From Pseudolabrys sp. (GTDB lineage Bacteria; Pseudomonadota; Alphaproteobacteria; Rhizobiales; Xanthobacteraceae), in contig DATAPP010000177.1 in NCBI GenBank assembly GCA_036265125.1, forward strand, positions 26,505 through 90,504: a stretch of DNA of 64,000 nucleotides, read 5' to 3'. Position 1 is the stretch's first letter. Each line of letters begins with the position of its first letter. Positions 10,575-20,551 of the stretch are shown piece after piece. The notes below the pieces were generated by a model. The model did no database searches and had not been told where the DNA came from. It saw nothing but the letters and a program-made list of their open reading frames with translations. A program made the position numbers and the translations under genes.

Positions 10575-12329
10575 TTATTTCTTCGGGATGACCGGCAGCA
10601 GCACGTAAGCCTGCCGATCGGGACCCGCGTGCAGCGTGACGTCGCCGCCGAAGATCGCGGGCGGGCGGTCGCGCGGATCGTCATGGGTAAAGGGTCCGAC
10701 ACCGGTCCAAACCTTGCCGAGCGTTTCGACGCCGGCGCCCGGCTCGCCCGGATAGACATAGTCGGTGCCGCGCACGGACAGCGCGAGGCGATAGCCTTTC
10801 GGCAGCACGATGCAGGTCGGCCAGATTTCGACGTCCACCTCGTAGATGTGGCCGGGCGTCAGCTTCTGCTCCTCGTCGTGCGAGTGATAGGGGCGGTACG
10901 GCAGCGTGAGCTTGGGGTCGAGTTTGCGATGCGAGCAGCGCAGCCAGCCTTGCGCGATCGGCGTATGCGCATCGAGCGCGCCCTGGAACGTGACCTCTTT
11001 CAGGTCCGGCGTGAACGCACGCACCACCAGGAAAAGATCGGCATCTTCTGTCGCTGACGAAACCCATAGCTTGGCGGCGATCGGGCCGGTTAATTCGACC
11101 TCGCGTTCGAGCGGCTCGCCGAGAAACGTGACGCCCGCGCCCAAACCGGCATAGGTCACGGTGCTTTGCTCGCTTTGTGCTCCGGTGGATATTGTCATAT
11201 CGTTCGGATGGACAAAAAATTTCGTCCACTGTGTGCGTGCGAGCGGCCATTCGTTTTCATGGCGCTCGACGAATTTCTCGCCGGGGTGGCGAACCTGGAG
11301 CAACACTCTCGGCTGCCTCTCCCAGCCAGTGTCCTCCCCCTTGAGAAAATGCCCGAAGAACTTCTTCTGCAGCGCAACTCCGTAATTCGTGTAGAAATGC
11401 GTCCAGTGCTCGATGCCATGCACCTCGAGCCACTTCTGCTCGGAAGCGGCCCGCACGAAGCCCTCGAAATTCCCGCGCGGGTGTAACCCTTGCCCGCCCC
11501 AGTTTGCGGAGGAGAGCAGGGGTGTATTCACCCTGGTCCAGTCCGGCATGCGCGACTGCCAGTAGGGATCGGAGTCGAGCTTGCGCGAAATGCAGTCCTC
11601 GTAAAAGTCGCGGCGGTTGCGGCCGAGCTGCTCTTCCGAAAGCGTTTCCGGCCCGGAGACCCAGTCGCCATTCATGCGGCTCTTGAAGCCGCGCTCGCCG
11701 CGGCCGTTCTGCACCGAATAGACCTGCGCCTTCGACCAGTCCTGCACGAAGCCGCGATTGAAGATGCCACCATGATGCGCCATGTCCCGATAGAAATCGG
11801 CGGCGCCCTCCCAGGTACAGATTGCGGCCAGGTGCTTCGGCTGCAGCGCCGAGGTCTGCCACTGGTTCTGTGCGTAGTAGGAAATCCCGTTGAGGCCGAC
11901 CTTGCCGTTAGACCACGGCTGCGTCCCCGCCCATTCGATGCAGCAGGCGAGATCCTGCGCCTCGCGCAATGACCAGATGTCGATCACGCCGGACGAACGG
12001 CCGGCACCGCGGCTGTCGACGCGGATGCAGACATAGTCGTCGTGGACCCATTTCTCCGGGTCGACGACCTCCCAGCATTGGTATTTGTTGGTCGAATCCG
12101 TGGGCACGTCCGGCTGATCGGCGCACATGCGATCCCACTGGGTCTTGTAGAGATCCTCGAAATGCAGCCATTTGCCATAAGGCCCGAGTGTCATGATGAC
12201 CGGGTATTTTCCGTCGGCGACCGGACGGTAGATGTCGCAACGGAGCATCAGCCCGTCGTCCATCTTGATCGGCATATCCCAGTCGATCCGCATGCCGTCG
12301 CGGAATTCGATCTTTTCACGGTAGTCCAT
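10575..12329 (-). CDS. CocE/NonD family serine hydrolase (copy 1)
   Basis: YPVIMTLGPYGK, RVDSRGAGRS, WSNGKVGLNGISYYA; collinear with the downstream copy. Confidence 0.92.
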   Translation of the reverse strand: MDYREKIEFRDGMRIDWDMPIKMDDGLMLRCDIYRPVADGKYPVIMTLGPYGKWLHFEDLYKTQWDRMCADQPDVPTDSTNKYQCWEVVDPEKWVHDDYVCIRVDSRGAGRSSGVIDIWSLREAQDLACCIEWAGTQPWSNGKVGLNGISYYAQNQWQTSALQPKHLAAICTWEGAADFYRDMAHHGGIFNRGFVQDWSKAQVYSVQNGRGERGFKSRMNGDWVSGPETLSEEQLGRNRRDFYEDCISRKLDSDPYWQSRMPDWTRVNTPLLSSANWGGQGLHPRGNFEGFVRAASEQKWLEVHGIEHWTHFYTNYGVALQKKFFGHFLKGEDTGWERQPRVLLQVRHPGEKFVERHENEWPLARTQWTKFFVHPNDMTISTGAQSEQSTVTYAGLGAGVTFLGEPLEREVELTGPIAAKLWVSSATEDADLFLVVRAFTPDLKEVTFQGALDAHTPIAQGWLRCSHRKLDPKLTLPYRPYHSHDEEQKLTPGHIYEVDVEIWPTCIVLPKGYRLALSVRGTDYVYPGEPGAGVETLGKVWTGVGPFTHDDPRDRPPAIFGGDVTLHAGPDRQAYVLLPVIPKK

Positions 12330-12356
12330 GGATCCCCCGTCGTGGATGTGGTCGGT

Positions 12357-13442
12357 TTACGAGGCTCTGATGCTGTGCCCTTGGGCGTCGAACAGGTGCA
12401 TGCGCCGTTCGTCCAGGGAAAGCGTGAGCCGTTCGCCGATTTTGGTGTCGGCCATACTCAGGCCTTCGCTCACCGCAACGAAGGCGCGGTCCGTGCCGGC
12501 GTCGAAATAGAGAAGGGTATCCTTGCCGAGCGGCTCGACGAGTCGCACCGGCAGCGCGGCGTCGGTCTTGCCGCCCGCATTGATCCGGACATGCTCGGGC
12601 CGGATTCCGAGGGTCACCTTGCCGGCGCTGGCCGACATAAAACGCTGCGGAAGAGGGATGTCGAACAGCACCGAGCGGAAGCGCGCGACACCGTTGTCGC
12701 GCACGACCTCGCCGGCAATAAGGTTCATCGACGGCGAGCCGAAGAAGTCGGCGACGAAATAATTGACAGGATTCGAATAGATTTCCATCGGCGAGCCGAC
12801 CTGCACGATCTCGCCTGCTCGCATGACGACGATACGGTCGGCCAGCGTCATTGCTTCTTCCTGATCGTGCGTCACGAAGATGAAGGTGCGCTTGAGCACC
12901 TGGTGCAGCCGGTCGCATTCGGCGCGCAGCTCGCGGCGAAGTTTCGCGTCGAGGCTCGACAGCGGCTCGTCGAGCAGGAACGTGGATGGATTTGTCACCA
13001 GCGTGCGCGCCAGTGCAACCCGCTGCGACTCGCCGCCCGAGCACTGGCCCGGCATCTTGTCCAGCAGATGCCCGATACGGACCATGTCAGCCACCTCGCG
13101 CACGCGACTGACACGCTCCTGCGGCGCGACCTTCTTCATGCGGAGGCCGAACTCGATATTCTGCGCGACATTCTTGTGGGGAAACAGCGCGTGGGTCTGG
13201 AAAACCATGCCGAGATTGCGGTCTCTGGGCTCAAGATCGTTCACCACGCGTCCGTCAATGCGGATTTCCCCCGAGGTCGGATCCTCGAACCCGGCAATCA
13301 TGCGCAGGGTGGTGGTCTTGCCGCAGCCGGACGGCCCGACGAACACGACGAATTCGCCGTCTTCGATGGTGAAGTTCAGGCTCTTGACCGCCTGAACGGC
13401 GCCGAACGATTTGTTGAGATTACTGAGCTCGATTCGCGCCAC
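12357..13442 (-). CDS. Carbohydrate-type (MalK-like) ABC ATP-binding protein
   Basis: GPSGCGKTT, CSGGESQRVALAR, FLLDEPLS.LD, VTHDQEEA, TOBE tail GIRPEH. Confidence 0.93.
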   Translation of the reverse strand: MARIELSNLNKSFGAVQAVKSLNFTIEDGEFVVFVGPSGCGKTTTLRMIAGFEDPTSGEIRIDGRVVNDLEPRDRNLGMVFQTHALFPHKNVAQNIEFGLRMKKVAPQERVSRVREVADMVRIGHLLDKMPGQCSGGESQRVALARTLVTNPSTFLLDEPLSSLDAKLRRELRAECDRLHQVLKRTFIFVTHDQEEAMTLADRIVVMRAGEIVQVGSPMEIYSNPVNYFVADFFGSPSMNLIAGEVVRDNGVARFRSVLFDIPLPQRFMSASAGKVTLGIRPEHVRINAGGKTDAALPVRLVEPLGKDTLLYFDAGTDRAFVAVSEGLSMADTKIGERLTLSLDERRMHLFDAQGHSIRAS

Positions 13443-13444
13443 GG

Positions 13445-14323
13445 CTATCTCCGTACCATTCCGAAACTGAATCCCCGCGCGAGGTGCTTGCGAATGATGA
13501 TGCCGACGATCATCAGCGGGATCGTGATGCCGACCGCAAGTGCCGCCTGCCGGCCATAGACGCGCCCTTCGGTCGAGCCTTGATATTTCGAGAGCTCGAT
13601 CGGCAGCGTCGAAACCTGCGTCTTGGTGATGATGAGAGCGAGGAGGTATTCGCTCCAGGTCAGGATCAGGATGAAGAGGAAGGTCGCCACGAGACCGGAG
13701 CGGATCAGGGGAAGGACAATTTCAAAGACTGTGCGCCAGCGCGACGCACCGAGAATCTCGGCCGCTTGCTCCACTTCGCGGGGTACTTCGTCGATGAAGC
13801 TTTTTGTCATCCACACGGCATAAGGAAGTGTGGTCAGGAAGTAGACCATGATGAGGCCGATGCGCGTGTCGAGCAGGCCAAGCGCCGAGTAGTAGAGGGA
13901 CAGGGGCGCGACCACGACGATAGGCGGGATCATGCGCAGCATCAGAAGCTGAAACATGCGCGCTTCCGAAAGGATGCGGTAACGCGAAACGCCGTAAGCG
14001 AGAACAGAGCCGAAGCCGACCGCGAGAAAAGTCGAACTGAAAGCGATCACCGTCGAGTTCCACAGCGAAACCAGCGGCGTCTGGGACGAGATTGCATATT
14101 GCGTCTGGTCATATTGCTCGGCACCGAGCCAGACGTTCATGTAATTGGTCAATGTCGGCGGGTCCGGAAAATAGACCGGCGGCCACGCGAACCACTGGAT
14201 GTCCGGCTTGAACGACGTCGAGACCATCCAGTAGATCGGGAAAAAGGCGACAACTCCCCAGATGCTAAGGATCACGTAGCGGAGGGTTGCAGAGATCAGG
14301 CGGCGGCGGGATTTGATTATCAT
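13445..14323 (-). CDS. Carbohydrate ABC permease (MalG-like)
   Basis: FFPIYWMVSTSFKP; EAA loop EVEQAAEILGAS.WR...IVLPL. Confidence 0.92.
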   Translation of the reverse strand: MIIKSRRRLISATLRYVILSIWGVVAFFPIYWMVSTSFKPDIQWFAWPPVYFPDPPTLTNYMNVWLGAEQYDQTQYAISSQTPLVSLWNSTVIAFSSTFLAVGFGSVLAYGVSRYRILSEARMFQLLMLRMIPPIVVVAPLSLYYSALGLLDTRIGLIMVYFLTTLPYAVWMTKSFIDEVPREVEQAAEILGASRWRTVFEIVLPLIRSGLVATFLFILILTWSEYLLALIITKTQVSTLPIELSKYQGSTEGRVYGRQAALAVGITIPLMIVGIIIRKHLARGFSFGMVRR

Positions 14324-14326
14324 CGT

Positions 14327-15313
14327 TCAGCCCTCCACTTCCTTCGTGCGTAGCTCATACATCTGATCGAGCGAGCGCTTCTCGCGACGCAGCAGCTGAA
14401 TTGCGATCAGCACGATAACGATCATCAGCAGCATGACGATGTAAGACATCGCCGCGCCCTTGGAGATCTGGAAGTACTGCCAGGTTGTCATGAAGATGTA
14501 GACCGGCAGCGTTTCCGTCGCCGATCCCGGGCCGCCCTGAAACAAAGACCAGGTCTTGGGGAATTCCGCCATCGCCTCGAGGAAACGCAGCACCAGCGCA
14601 AGCAGGATGACGGGCCGCAGCAGCGGCAACTGCACCTCCCAGAAGATGTGCCACTTCGATGCGCCGAGTATTTCCGCGGCTTCGATCGGCTCCTTCGGGA
14701 TGGCGGAGAGGCCGGCAAGCAGGATGATGAACGAGAACGGCGTCCAGTTCCAGATTTCCAGCAGAGCGACGGTGGCGAGCGCGATGTCCGGATTGGTCAG
14801 CCAGGCCGGTTTGAAATCGACGCCGATGAGTTTTGAGATGATCGCGTTGATCGGCCCGCTCTGGTACAGCATCATCTCGGCCGTGTAGGCGACGACGACC
14901 GGGACGGTGAGCATCGGCAGTATGAATATGATGTAGAAGAAGGCTTGGCCGCGGAACGGCTTGTACATGAGGTAGGCGAGCAGGAAGCCGAACACGAAGC
15001 AGCCGAGTGTCGAGCTTGTCGCGAAGAGCAGCGAGCGGACAACGGCCCAGCCAAAGCGCGGATCGGTCAGCACTTCCCTGAACAGGTCGAGACCGACAAA
15101 ATCCGCGTCCCACCAGGAGCTGAGATACACCGTCCACTGGTGGACCGAAAAATAAAGCTGCAGCAACAGGACCGGCGTCAGCAGGAACAGGAATAGTGCG
15201 ATCAGCGGCAGCAGCAGCGACAGCTTGAAATGACGTACGGCGAGACGCCGCGATTGACTGCGGGCCGAGCTTGGGAGCTTTGCTTTGCCGGCTGAGAGAA
15301 CGTCGACGGCCAT
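14327..15313 (-). CDS. Carbohydrate ABC permease (MalF-like)
   Basis: WNWTPFSFIILLAGLSAIPKEPIEAAEILGAS.W. Confidence 0.92.
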   Translation of the reverse strand: MAVDVLSAGKAKLPSSARSQSRRLAVRHFKLSLLLPLIALFLFLLTPVLLLQLYFSVHQWTVYLSSWWDADFVGLDLFREVLTDPRFGWAVVRSLLFATSSTLGCFVFGFLLAYLMYKPFRGQAFFYIIFILPMLTVPVVVAYTAEMMLYQSGPINAIISKLIGVDFKPAWLTNPDIALATVALLEIWNWTPFSFIILLAGLSAIPKEPIEAAEILGASKWHIFWEVQLPLLRPVILLALVLRFLEAMAEFPKTWSLFQGGPGSATETLPVYIFMTTWQYFQISKGAAMSYIVMLLMIVIVLIAIQLLRREKRSLDQMYELRTKEVEG

Positions 15314-15334
15314 GCTCTGATTCTTTGAGAATAG

Positions 15335-15366
15335 GGGCCCAGGGGCGTATGGATCGCCCCGGGCCC
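15335..15366 (-). other. Intra-operon stem-loop downstream of the binding-protein gene
   Basis: gggccc-a-ggggcg / tatggat / cgcccc-gggccc: 12-bp stem with one bulge between SBP and first permease; typical of mRNA-stabilising or attenuating hairpins. Confidence 0.6.
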
Positions 15367-15381
15367 ATGCTGCGCGTCAGA

Positions 15382-16824
15382 TCAGGTCGGCAGGGCTTTG
15401 GTCGGCATAACCGCCTTGTAGCTCTCGAGGTCCTTCTTGAGCTTGCTGCGGCCGATCCGGCCAATGATCGCGTTCCATTCGTTCTCGGTCTTCTTCAGCA
15501 CGTCCTTTGCCGGCAGTTGGCCGACGTAGGCTTCCGAAAGGTTCTTGCCGAGCGCATCCTGGAATTCGAGATAGCCCGTGAGGTAGATCGGCGGCGCGAC
15601 CACCTGGAAATTGGTCTCGACAGCTTTGATGCCCTCGGGCGTATAGGCCTTCAGCACCGGCTCCGCGGCCATGTGCTCCTTGGCCCAGGCGTCGTTGAAT
15701 GCGTTGACCGGATCGGAGACGATCGGGATGCTGTTCTTTCCAGACCCGAGCCACAGCGCCAGGTAAGCCGCCTGCGCCTTGCGCGGCGAGTACTTGTTGA
15801 TGAGGATCGCCGCCAGCGGCGACGAGATCGACCGGTGCACCATCTTGCCGGTGAAGTTCGAGCCCGGCACGAGGCTGTAATAGAACTGGCCAACGGTCTT
15901 CGACTGCTTCGGGTTTGCGATTGTCTTGCAGGTTCCGTCCCAGTACTGGCAGGCAACCACGTGCCCCTGCGCGATGCGCGGAATCATCTGCGGGGTGCCC
16001 CAGTTGGCCGCTTCCGGATGGTTCACCTTCTTGTCCTGCAGGTAGATGTCGACCGCGTATTGCCCGGCCGGCGTGTCGATCGTCGGTTTCATGTCGTCAT
16101 CGAAAGGGAATCCGCCGGCGCTGTAGAAGATCATGTACCACCAGGTCACGCCGTTTGCGCGGTTGCGCAGGTTGCCGGAGCCGTAGAGATCCTTCGACGG
16201 ATCCATGAGGAATTCCTGCACGCGCAACGTGTCTTCCCAGGTCACCGGAATTTTCAGCTCTGTGCCGAACTTGTCGGCGAAGCGCTTTTTGTTGTCCGGA
16301 TCGTCGATCAGGTCCTTGCGCGTGTACTGGATATGCACGTTGCCGTCGGTCGGAACGCCGTAGGTCTGGCCTCCGTACTTCATGAAGTTGCCGTAGTCGG
16401 CGACGGCGTCGAGATGAAAGCCGGCCTTCTTGATGTAGTCATCGAGCGGCTCGAGATAGCCGGCGGACGCGAGCGAAGGGATCATGTTCGAGTCGATATG
16501 GATGAAATCGAACTGCGGCGAACGAGACAGCGCCTCGGCCATCGCGCGCTGCGGGGCGTCGAAGATCGAGATGTCCTGCACCGCGCCTATGCCGATTCCG
16601 GTTTCTTTGGTGAACTCGGCAATGACAGGCTTCATCGGCACCAGATATGGCGACCAGATCATTCCGTTGACGTCCGCCTTTCCGGCTGCTTTCGCAGCCG
16701 CGATGGTTTGCTCCTCCATGGTGGCGGCACTGGCGAAAGGTGTTGTCCCCGGCACGAAATTGGCCACGGTCAGCCCGACACTGCCTTGCAGGAACGTACG
16801 TCGCGAAAAACCCGACCTGGACAT
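15382..16824 (-). CDS. Carbohydrate-type ABC extracellular solute-binding protein (family 1), Tat-exported
   Basis: Start MSRSGFSRRTFLQG (twin-arginine) after GAGGAGG RBS; SLASAGYLEPLD, TYGVPTD, P.TWED motifs. Confidence 0.9.
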   Translation of the reverse strand: MSRSGFSRRTFLQGSVGLTVANFVPGTTPFASAATMEEQTIAAAKAAGKADVNGMIWSPYLVPMKPVIAEFTKETGIGIGAVQDISIFDAPQRAMAEALSRSPQFDFIHIDSNMIPSLASAGYLEPLDDYIKKAGFHLDAVADYGNFMKYGGQTYGVPTDGNVHIQYTRKDLIDDPDNKKRFADKFGTELKIPVTWEDTLRVQEFLMDPSKDLYGSGNLRNRANGVTWWYMIFYSAGGFPFDDDMKPTIDTPAGQYAVDIYLQDKKVNHPEAANWGTPQMIPRIAQGHVVACQYWDGTCKTIANPKQSKTVGQFYYSLVPGSNFTGKMVHRSISSPLAAILINKYSPRKAQAAYLALWLGSGKNSIPIVSDPVNAFNDAWAKEHMAAEPVLKAYTPEGIKAVETNFQVVAPPIYLTGYLEFQDALGKNLSEAYVGQLPAKDVLKKTENEWNAIIGRIGRSKLKKDLESYKAVMPTKALPT

Positions 16825-16883
16825 GACTTCCTCCTCGCCTGTGTTGGTCTTATGCGTTGACCTGTGAAGTAACCCGGCGGAGT

Positions 16884-16986
16884 GTGCTCCCCCGCACAAG
16901 AGCATCAAGCTGCGACTGCACGCAGCCCGAAAAGCCGAGCATCGACAATGGAAGGGCTTTCGTTGCCTGCGCGGGGCAGGGAGCAC
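16884..16986 (-). ncRNA. Candidate structured 5' leader (three-way junction) of the ABC/CocE operon
   Basis: By eye on the minus strand: 17-bp P1 with a 4-nt bulge and 2 G-U pairs, plus two internal hairpins; ends 60 nt upstream of the ATG; matches no riboswitch I recognise. Confidence 0.4.
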
Positions 16987-17267
16987 GCATACTTTCAACC
17001 ACCCGTTCGCGAGAGGAAAAACCCAAAAGGCCTCCCGTCACTTTGGCCCTGACGCGCTCAGTCGGCCTACGGCCATGGCGGGTCAAGACGACTTGGTACA
17101 ATCAGCGCGTTTAGCTCCCCAGACGTCCGCGTTGATGCCGCGGTCAATGTTTGAACACATCGTATGGTGATGGGTTTCAATCCGCAACACACTTCAGTGC
17201 CGCGGATGGACGAAAAGAAGCAGTCACGTTGCAAGCAGATCGGCCCAGAAACGCCGTGGTCTGAACA

Positions 17268-18119
17268 TCAGGCAACGGTCTCGATGTCCCACTTCGGCGC
17301 TCGCTCGGGCGGATCCGCGATGCGAATGTTCTTTTTTCGCAGCGCGGAAATTCTCCGCATCTCTTCGTCGGTGAGCGAGAAATCGAACACATTGAGGTTT
17401 TCGATGATATGCTGCTCCTCGAGGGCGCGCGGCACCGCGGCAACCATCGACTGCTGGACGAGCCAGCGCAGGCAAATCTGGGCGTGCGTCTTTCCGCGTG
17501 CCTTTGCGATCTCGCCAATCAACGGATCATCGAGAAGCTTGCCGCGCGCCACCGGGCAATAGGCCGTGAGGATCATGCCGTATGTTTTGAGCGCCGCGAT
17601 CATGCGGTCCTGCGGCAGATAGGCATGATACTCGATCTGGTTGGTGACGAGAGGCTCAGGACAGACCCGCACCGCCTCGTCGAGCATCGCCAGCGTGAAA
17701 TTCGACACGCCGATGTGCCGCGTCATGCCGCTGCGTTTGGCTTTGGCGAGTGCGCCGAGCGTTTCCGCGAATGGGACTTTGGGTTGCGGCCAATGAATCA
17801 GCAAAAGGTCGACATAATCGAGACCAAGAGCCTTGAGGCTCGTTTCCACCGAACGGAGAAAATCCGCCTCGCGTGCGTCCAATTCGGTCACCTTCGTGGT
17901 GACGAATAGTTCTCCGCGCGTGATGCCGCTCGCCCGGATCCCTTCACCCACACGCTCTTCAGTCCCGTATTTGCGGGCGGTATCGATGTGACGATAGCCG
18001 GCGGCGATGGCCGCCGCGACAAGCTCGACCGGACGATGCGGTAGCTCCATAGTGCCGAAGCCAATCGCCGGGATCTTTGCGCGGTTTGCGGTGAGCTCGA
18101 AGGCCTTTGCGGATTGCAT
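17268..18119 (-). CDS. Aldo/keto reductase (DkgB-like)
   Basis: IGFGT, HIDTARKYGTE, FVTTKV, LLIHWP, IGVSNF, NQIEYH. Confidence 0.93.
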   Translation of the reverse strand: MQSAKAFELTANRAKIPAIGFGTMELPHRPVELVAAAIAAGYRHIDTARKYGTEERVGEGIRASGITRGELFVTTKVTELDAREADFLRSVETSLKALGLDYVDLLLIHWPQPKVPFAETLGALAKAKRSGMTRHIGVSNFTLAMLDEAVRVCPEPLVTNQIEYHAYLPQDRMIAALKTYGMILTAYCPVARGKLLDDPLIGEIAKARGKTHAQICLRWLVQQSMVAAVPRALEEQHIIENLNVFDFSLTDEEMRRISALRKKNIRIADPPERAPKWDIETVA

Positions 18120-18326
18120 CCCCAACTCCGCGATGAGGAGAGATGAGCAAACAATAGTGCGGCTGCCAGGTCACTGTAAACGTGGGAGGCGCGCCGGCAA
18201 TTCAAGTTGTGCAAGGCCCCTGGCGTGGGGTCACGTCGGTGGCGCTCGGCATGAAGGTTCATGACGTGCCGTATCCCCAGCCCCAATGATCGCATGACCA
18301 CGGACTAACGGGCCCACCGCCGATCC

Positions 18327-19055
18327 TCAGTGCTGCAGAATCTTCGACAGAAACATCTGCGCCCGTTCGCTGCGCGGCTTGCCGAAGAAATCGGCGGTTG
18401 CGGCATCCTCGACGATCTCGCCTTTGTCCATGAACACGACGCGGTTCGCGACCTTGCGGGCAAAACCCATTTCGTGCGTCACCACGATCATAGTCATGCC
18501 GTCTTTGGCGAGTGCCACCATGACGTCGAGCACTTCGTTGATCATTTCCGGATCGAGCGCCGAGGTCGGCTCGTCGAACAGCATGGCGATCGGATCCATC
18601 GCCAGCGCACGCGCAATGGCGACGCGTTGCTGCTGGCCGCCGGAGAGCTGGCCGGGATATTTGGCGGCATGTGCGCTCAGGCCCACGCGTTCGAGAAGCT
18701 TCATGCCTTTCTCGGTGGCAGTCTTCGGATCGCGGCCAAGCACCTTGATCTGTGCCAGCGACAGATTGCGTATGACGGAGAGGTGAGGGAAGAGTTCGAA
18801 ATGCTGAAATACCATGCCGATGCGGGCGCGGAGCTTCGGTAGCCTGGTCTTCGGGTCGCCGACCGAAATCCCGTCGACCGTGATGGTGCCTTTCTCGAAC
18901 GGTTCAAGTCCGTTGACGCATTTGATCAAGGTCGATTTTCCGGACCCCGACGGGCCGCACACCACCACGACCTCGCCTTTGGCGACCTCGGCGCTGCATT
19001 TGTCGAGCACCTGCACCTTGCCGTACCATTTGCTGACATTGCTGATTGTAATCAT
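18327..19055 (-). CDS. gltL: Glutamate/aspartate ABC transporter ATP-binding protein
   Basis: VCGPSGSGKSTLIKCVNGLE, MVFQHFELFPHL, LSGGQQQRVAIARALAMDP. Confidence 0.9.
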   Translation of the reverse strand: MITISNVSKWYGKVQVLDKCSAEVAKGEVVVVCGPSGSGKSTLIKCVNGLEPFEKGTITVDGISVGDPKTRLPKLRARIGMVFQHFELFPHLSVIRNLSLAQIKVLGRDPKTATEKGMKLLERVGLSAHAAKYPGQLSGGQQQRVAIARALAMDPIAMLFDEPTSALDPEMINEVLDVMVALAKDGMTMIVVTHEMGFARKVANRVVFMDKGEIVEDAATADFFGKPRSERAQMFLSKILQH

Positions 19056-19073
19056 GGACGCTTTCTTGGGTGC

Positions 19074-19766
19074 TCAGCGTATGATGGCGATGCGGTGCTG
19101 GAGACGGCGTACGCCGTAGGATGCGGCGAGCGAAATGACAAAATAGACGACCGCGGCGAACAGATACATCTCGACCAGGCGTCCGTCGCGTTGGGCGACC
19201 TTGGACGCCGCGCCAAGGAAGTCGGTGACCGAGATCACATAGACCAGCGATGTATCCTGAAACAAAATGATGGTCTGCGTCAGCAGCACCGGCACCATGT
19301 TGCGGAAGGCTTGCGGCAGGATGATTTCCGCCATCGCAGTCCAGTAGGGCATGCCGAGGGCCTGCGCCGCCTGGACCTGGCCGCGCGGAATCGACTGGAT
19401 GCCGGCGCGCATGATCTCGCAGAAATAGGCGGCTTCGAACAATGTGAAGGTTACCAGCGCCGAGAGGAACGCGCCGACCTGGATCGGCCGTTCGGCACCA
19501 GTGAGCCATTGTCCAATATAAGGCACCAAAAAGAAGAACCAGAAGATCACCAGAACGAGCGGCATCGAACGGATCAGATTTACATAGGCGCCCGCGACAT
19601 GGGAGAGGCCGGGTATGTTCGAGAGCCGCGCCAGCGCCAGCAACGTGCCGATCACGATGCCGCCGGCGGTCGCCATCAAGGTCAACATGATGGTGAAGCG
19701 CATGCCCTCGAAAAACAGATACGGCAGCGAGCGGAGGATGACGTCCCAGTCGATATTGGAGAACAT
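19074..19766 (-). CDS. gltK: Glutamate/aspartate ABC permease
   Basis: FEAAYFCEIMRAGIQSIPRGQ, QTIILFQDTSLVYV. Confidence 0.88.
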   Translation of the reverse strand: MFSNIDWDVILRSLPYLFFEGMRFTIMLTLMATAGGIVIGTLLALARLSNIPGLSHVAGAYVNLIRSMPLVLVIFWFFFLVPYIGQWLTGAERPIQVGAFLSALVTFTLFEAAYFCEIMRAGIQSIPRGQVQAAQALGMPYWTAMAEIILPQAFRNMVPVLLTQTIILFQDTSLVYVISVTDFLGAASKVAQRDGRLVEMYLFAAVVYFVISLAASYGVRRLQHRIAIIR

Positions 19767-19775
19767 CGTCCGCCC

Positions 19776-20525
19776 TCAATGCGCCGCCGCCGGTTGGCCC
19801 ATGCTGATGAAGCCGGGCACCGCGACGCGCTGTTCGAGCCAGCGCATGCCGCTCACAACAACGATGTTGATGATGATGTAGATCAAGGTCGCGCCGGTGA
19901 AGGCCTCGAACACCTGAAAGGAAAATTCCGACATTGAGCGCGCTGCGGCGGTGAGCTCGATGAGCCCGATGGTCAGCGCCACCGAGGAATTCTTGATGAT
20001 GTTGAGGAATTCCGAGCTCAGCGGCGGCAGGATGATGCGAAACGCCATCGGCAGCAGAACGTAGCGATAGGTCTGCGGCAGCGTAAGGCCCATCGCGAGA
20101 CCGGCCATACGTTGGCCGCTGCGCAAGCTGAGAATTCCGGCCTTGACCTGTTCGGCGACGCGCGCCGAGGTGTAGAGGCCGAGACAGATCACCGCATTGT
20201 AGAAGGAGGCGTTGGCCAACTGCTTGAGCCAGTCGCCAATTGCCTGGGGCATGACTTCCGGCAACACGAAGTACCACAGGAACATCTGCACCAGCAGGGG
20301 AATGTTGCGGAACAATTCGACATAGGCATTGCCGAGTCGTACCAACCACGGGACCGGCGAGGTGCGGATCACCCCGACGACAGCGCCGATCGAAAGCGCG
20401 ATTGCCCAGGCGAGCAGCGCCGTCGCCAGTGTCCAGCCGGCGCCGAACAACAGAAGCTGCGCGTACGTGTAGGTGCCGTCCGGGGAAAGCTGAAAGAAGA
20501 TTCCCCAGTTCCAGTTGTAGCTCAT
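19776..20525 (-). CDS. gltJ: Glutamate/aspartate ABC permease
   Basis: MSYNWNWGIF, YVELFRNIPLLVQMFLWYF, YTSARVAEQV, FLNIIKNSSVA. Confidence 0.88.
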   Translation of the reverse strand: MSYNWNWGIFFQLSPDGTYTYAQLLLFGAGWTLATALLAWAIALSIGAVVGVIRTSPVPWLVRLGNAYVELFRNIPLLVQMFLWYFVLPEVMPQAIGDWLKQLANASFYNAVICLGLYTSARVAEQVKAGILSLRSGQRMAGLAMGLTLPQTYRYVLLPMAFRIILPPLSSEFLNIIKNSSVALTIGLIELTAAARSMSEFSFQVFEAFTGATLIYIIINIVVVSGMRWLEQRVAVPGFISMGQPAAAH

Positions 20526-20551
20526 GCGTGCAGCATCCCCCTGACGCAATT

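Noticed and set aside
12042-13559. 505-aa plus-strand ORF
   Set aside because: Antisense shadow of the MalK-like ATPase and flanking genes; no family motifs; expected in high-GC DNA.
15271-16860. 529-aa plus-strand ORF
   Set aside because: Antisense to the SBP gene, which has a clear RBS, Tat signal and family motifs.
16917-16929. 13-nt match TGCACGCAGCCCG shared with the rhlE upstream region (37374-37386)
   Set aside because: One 13-mer match in GC-rich DNA is plausible by chance and the flanks do not align.
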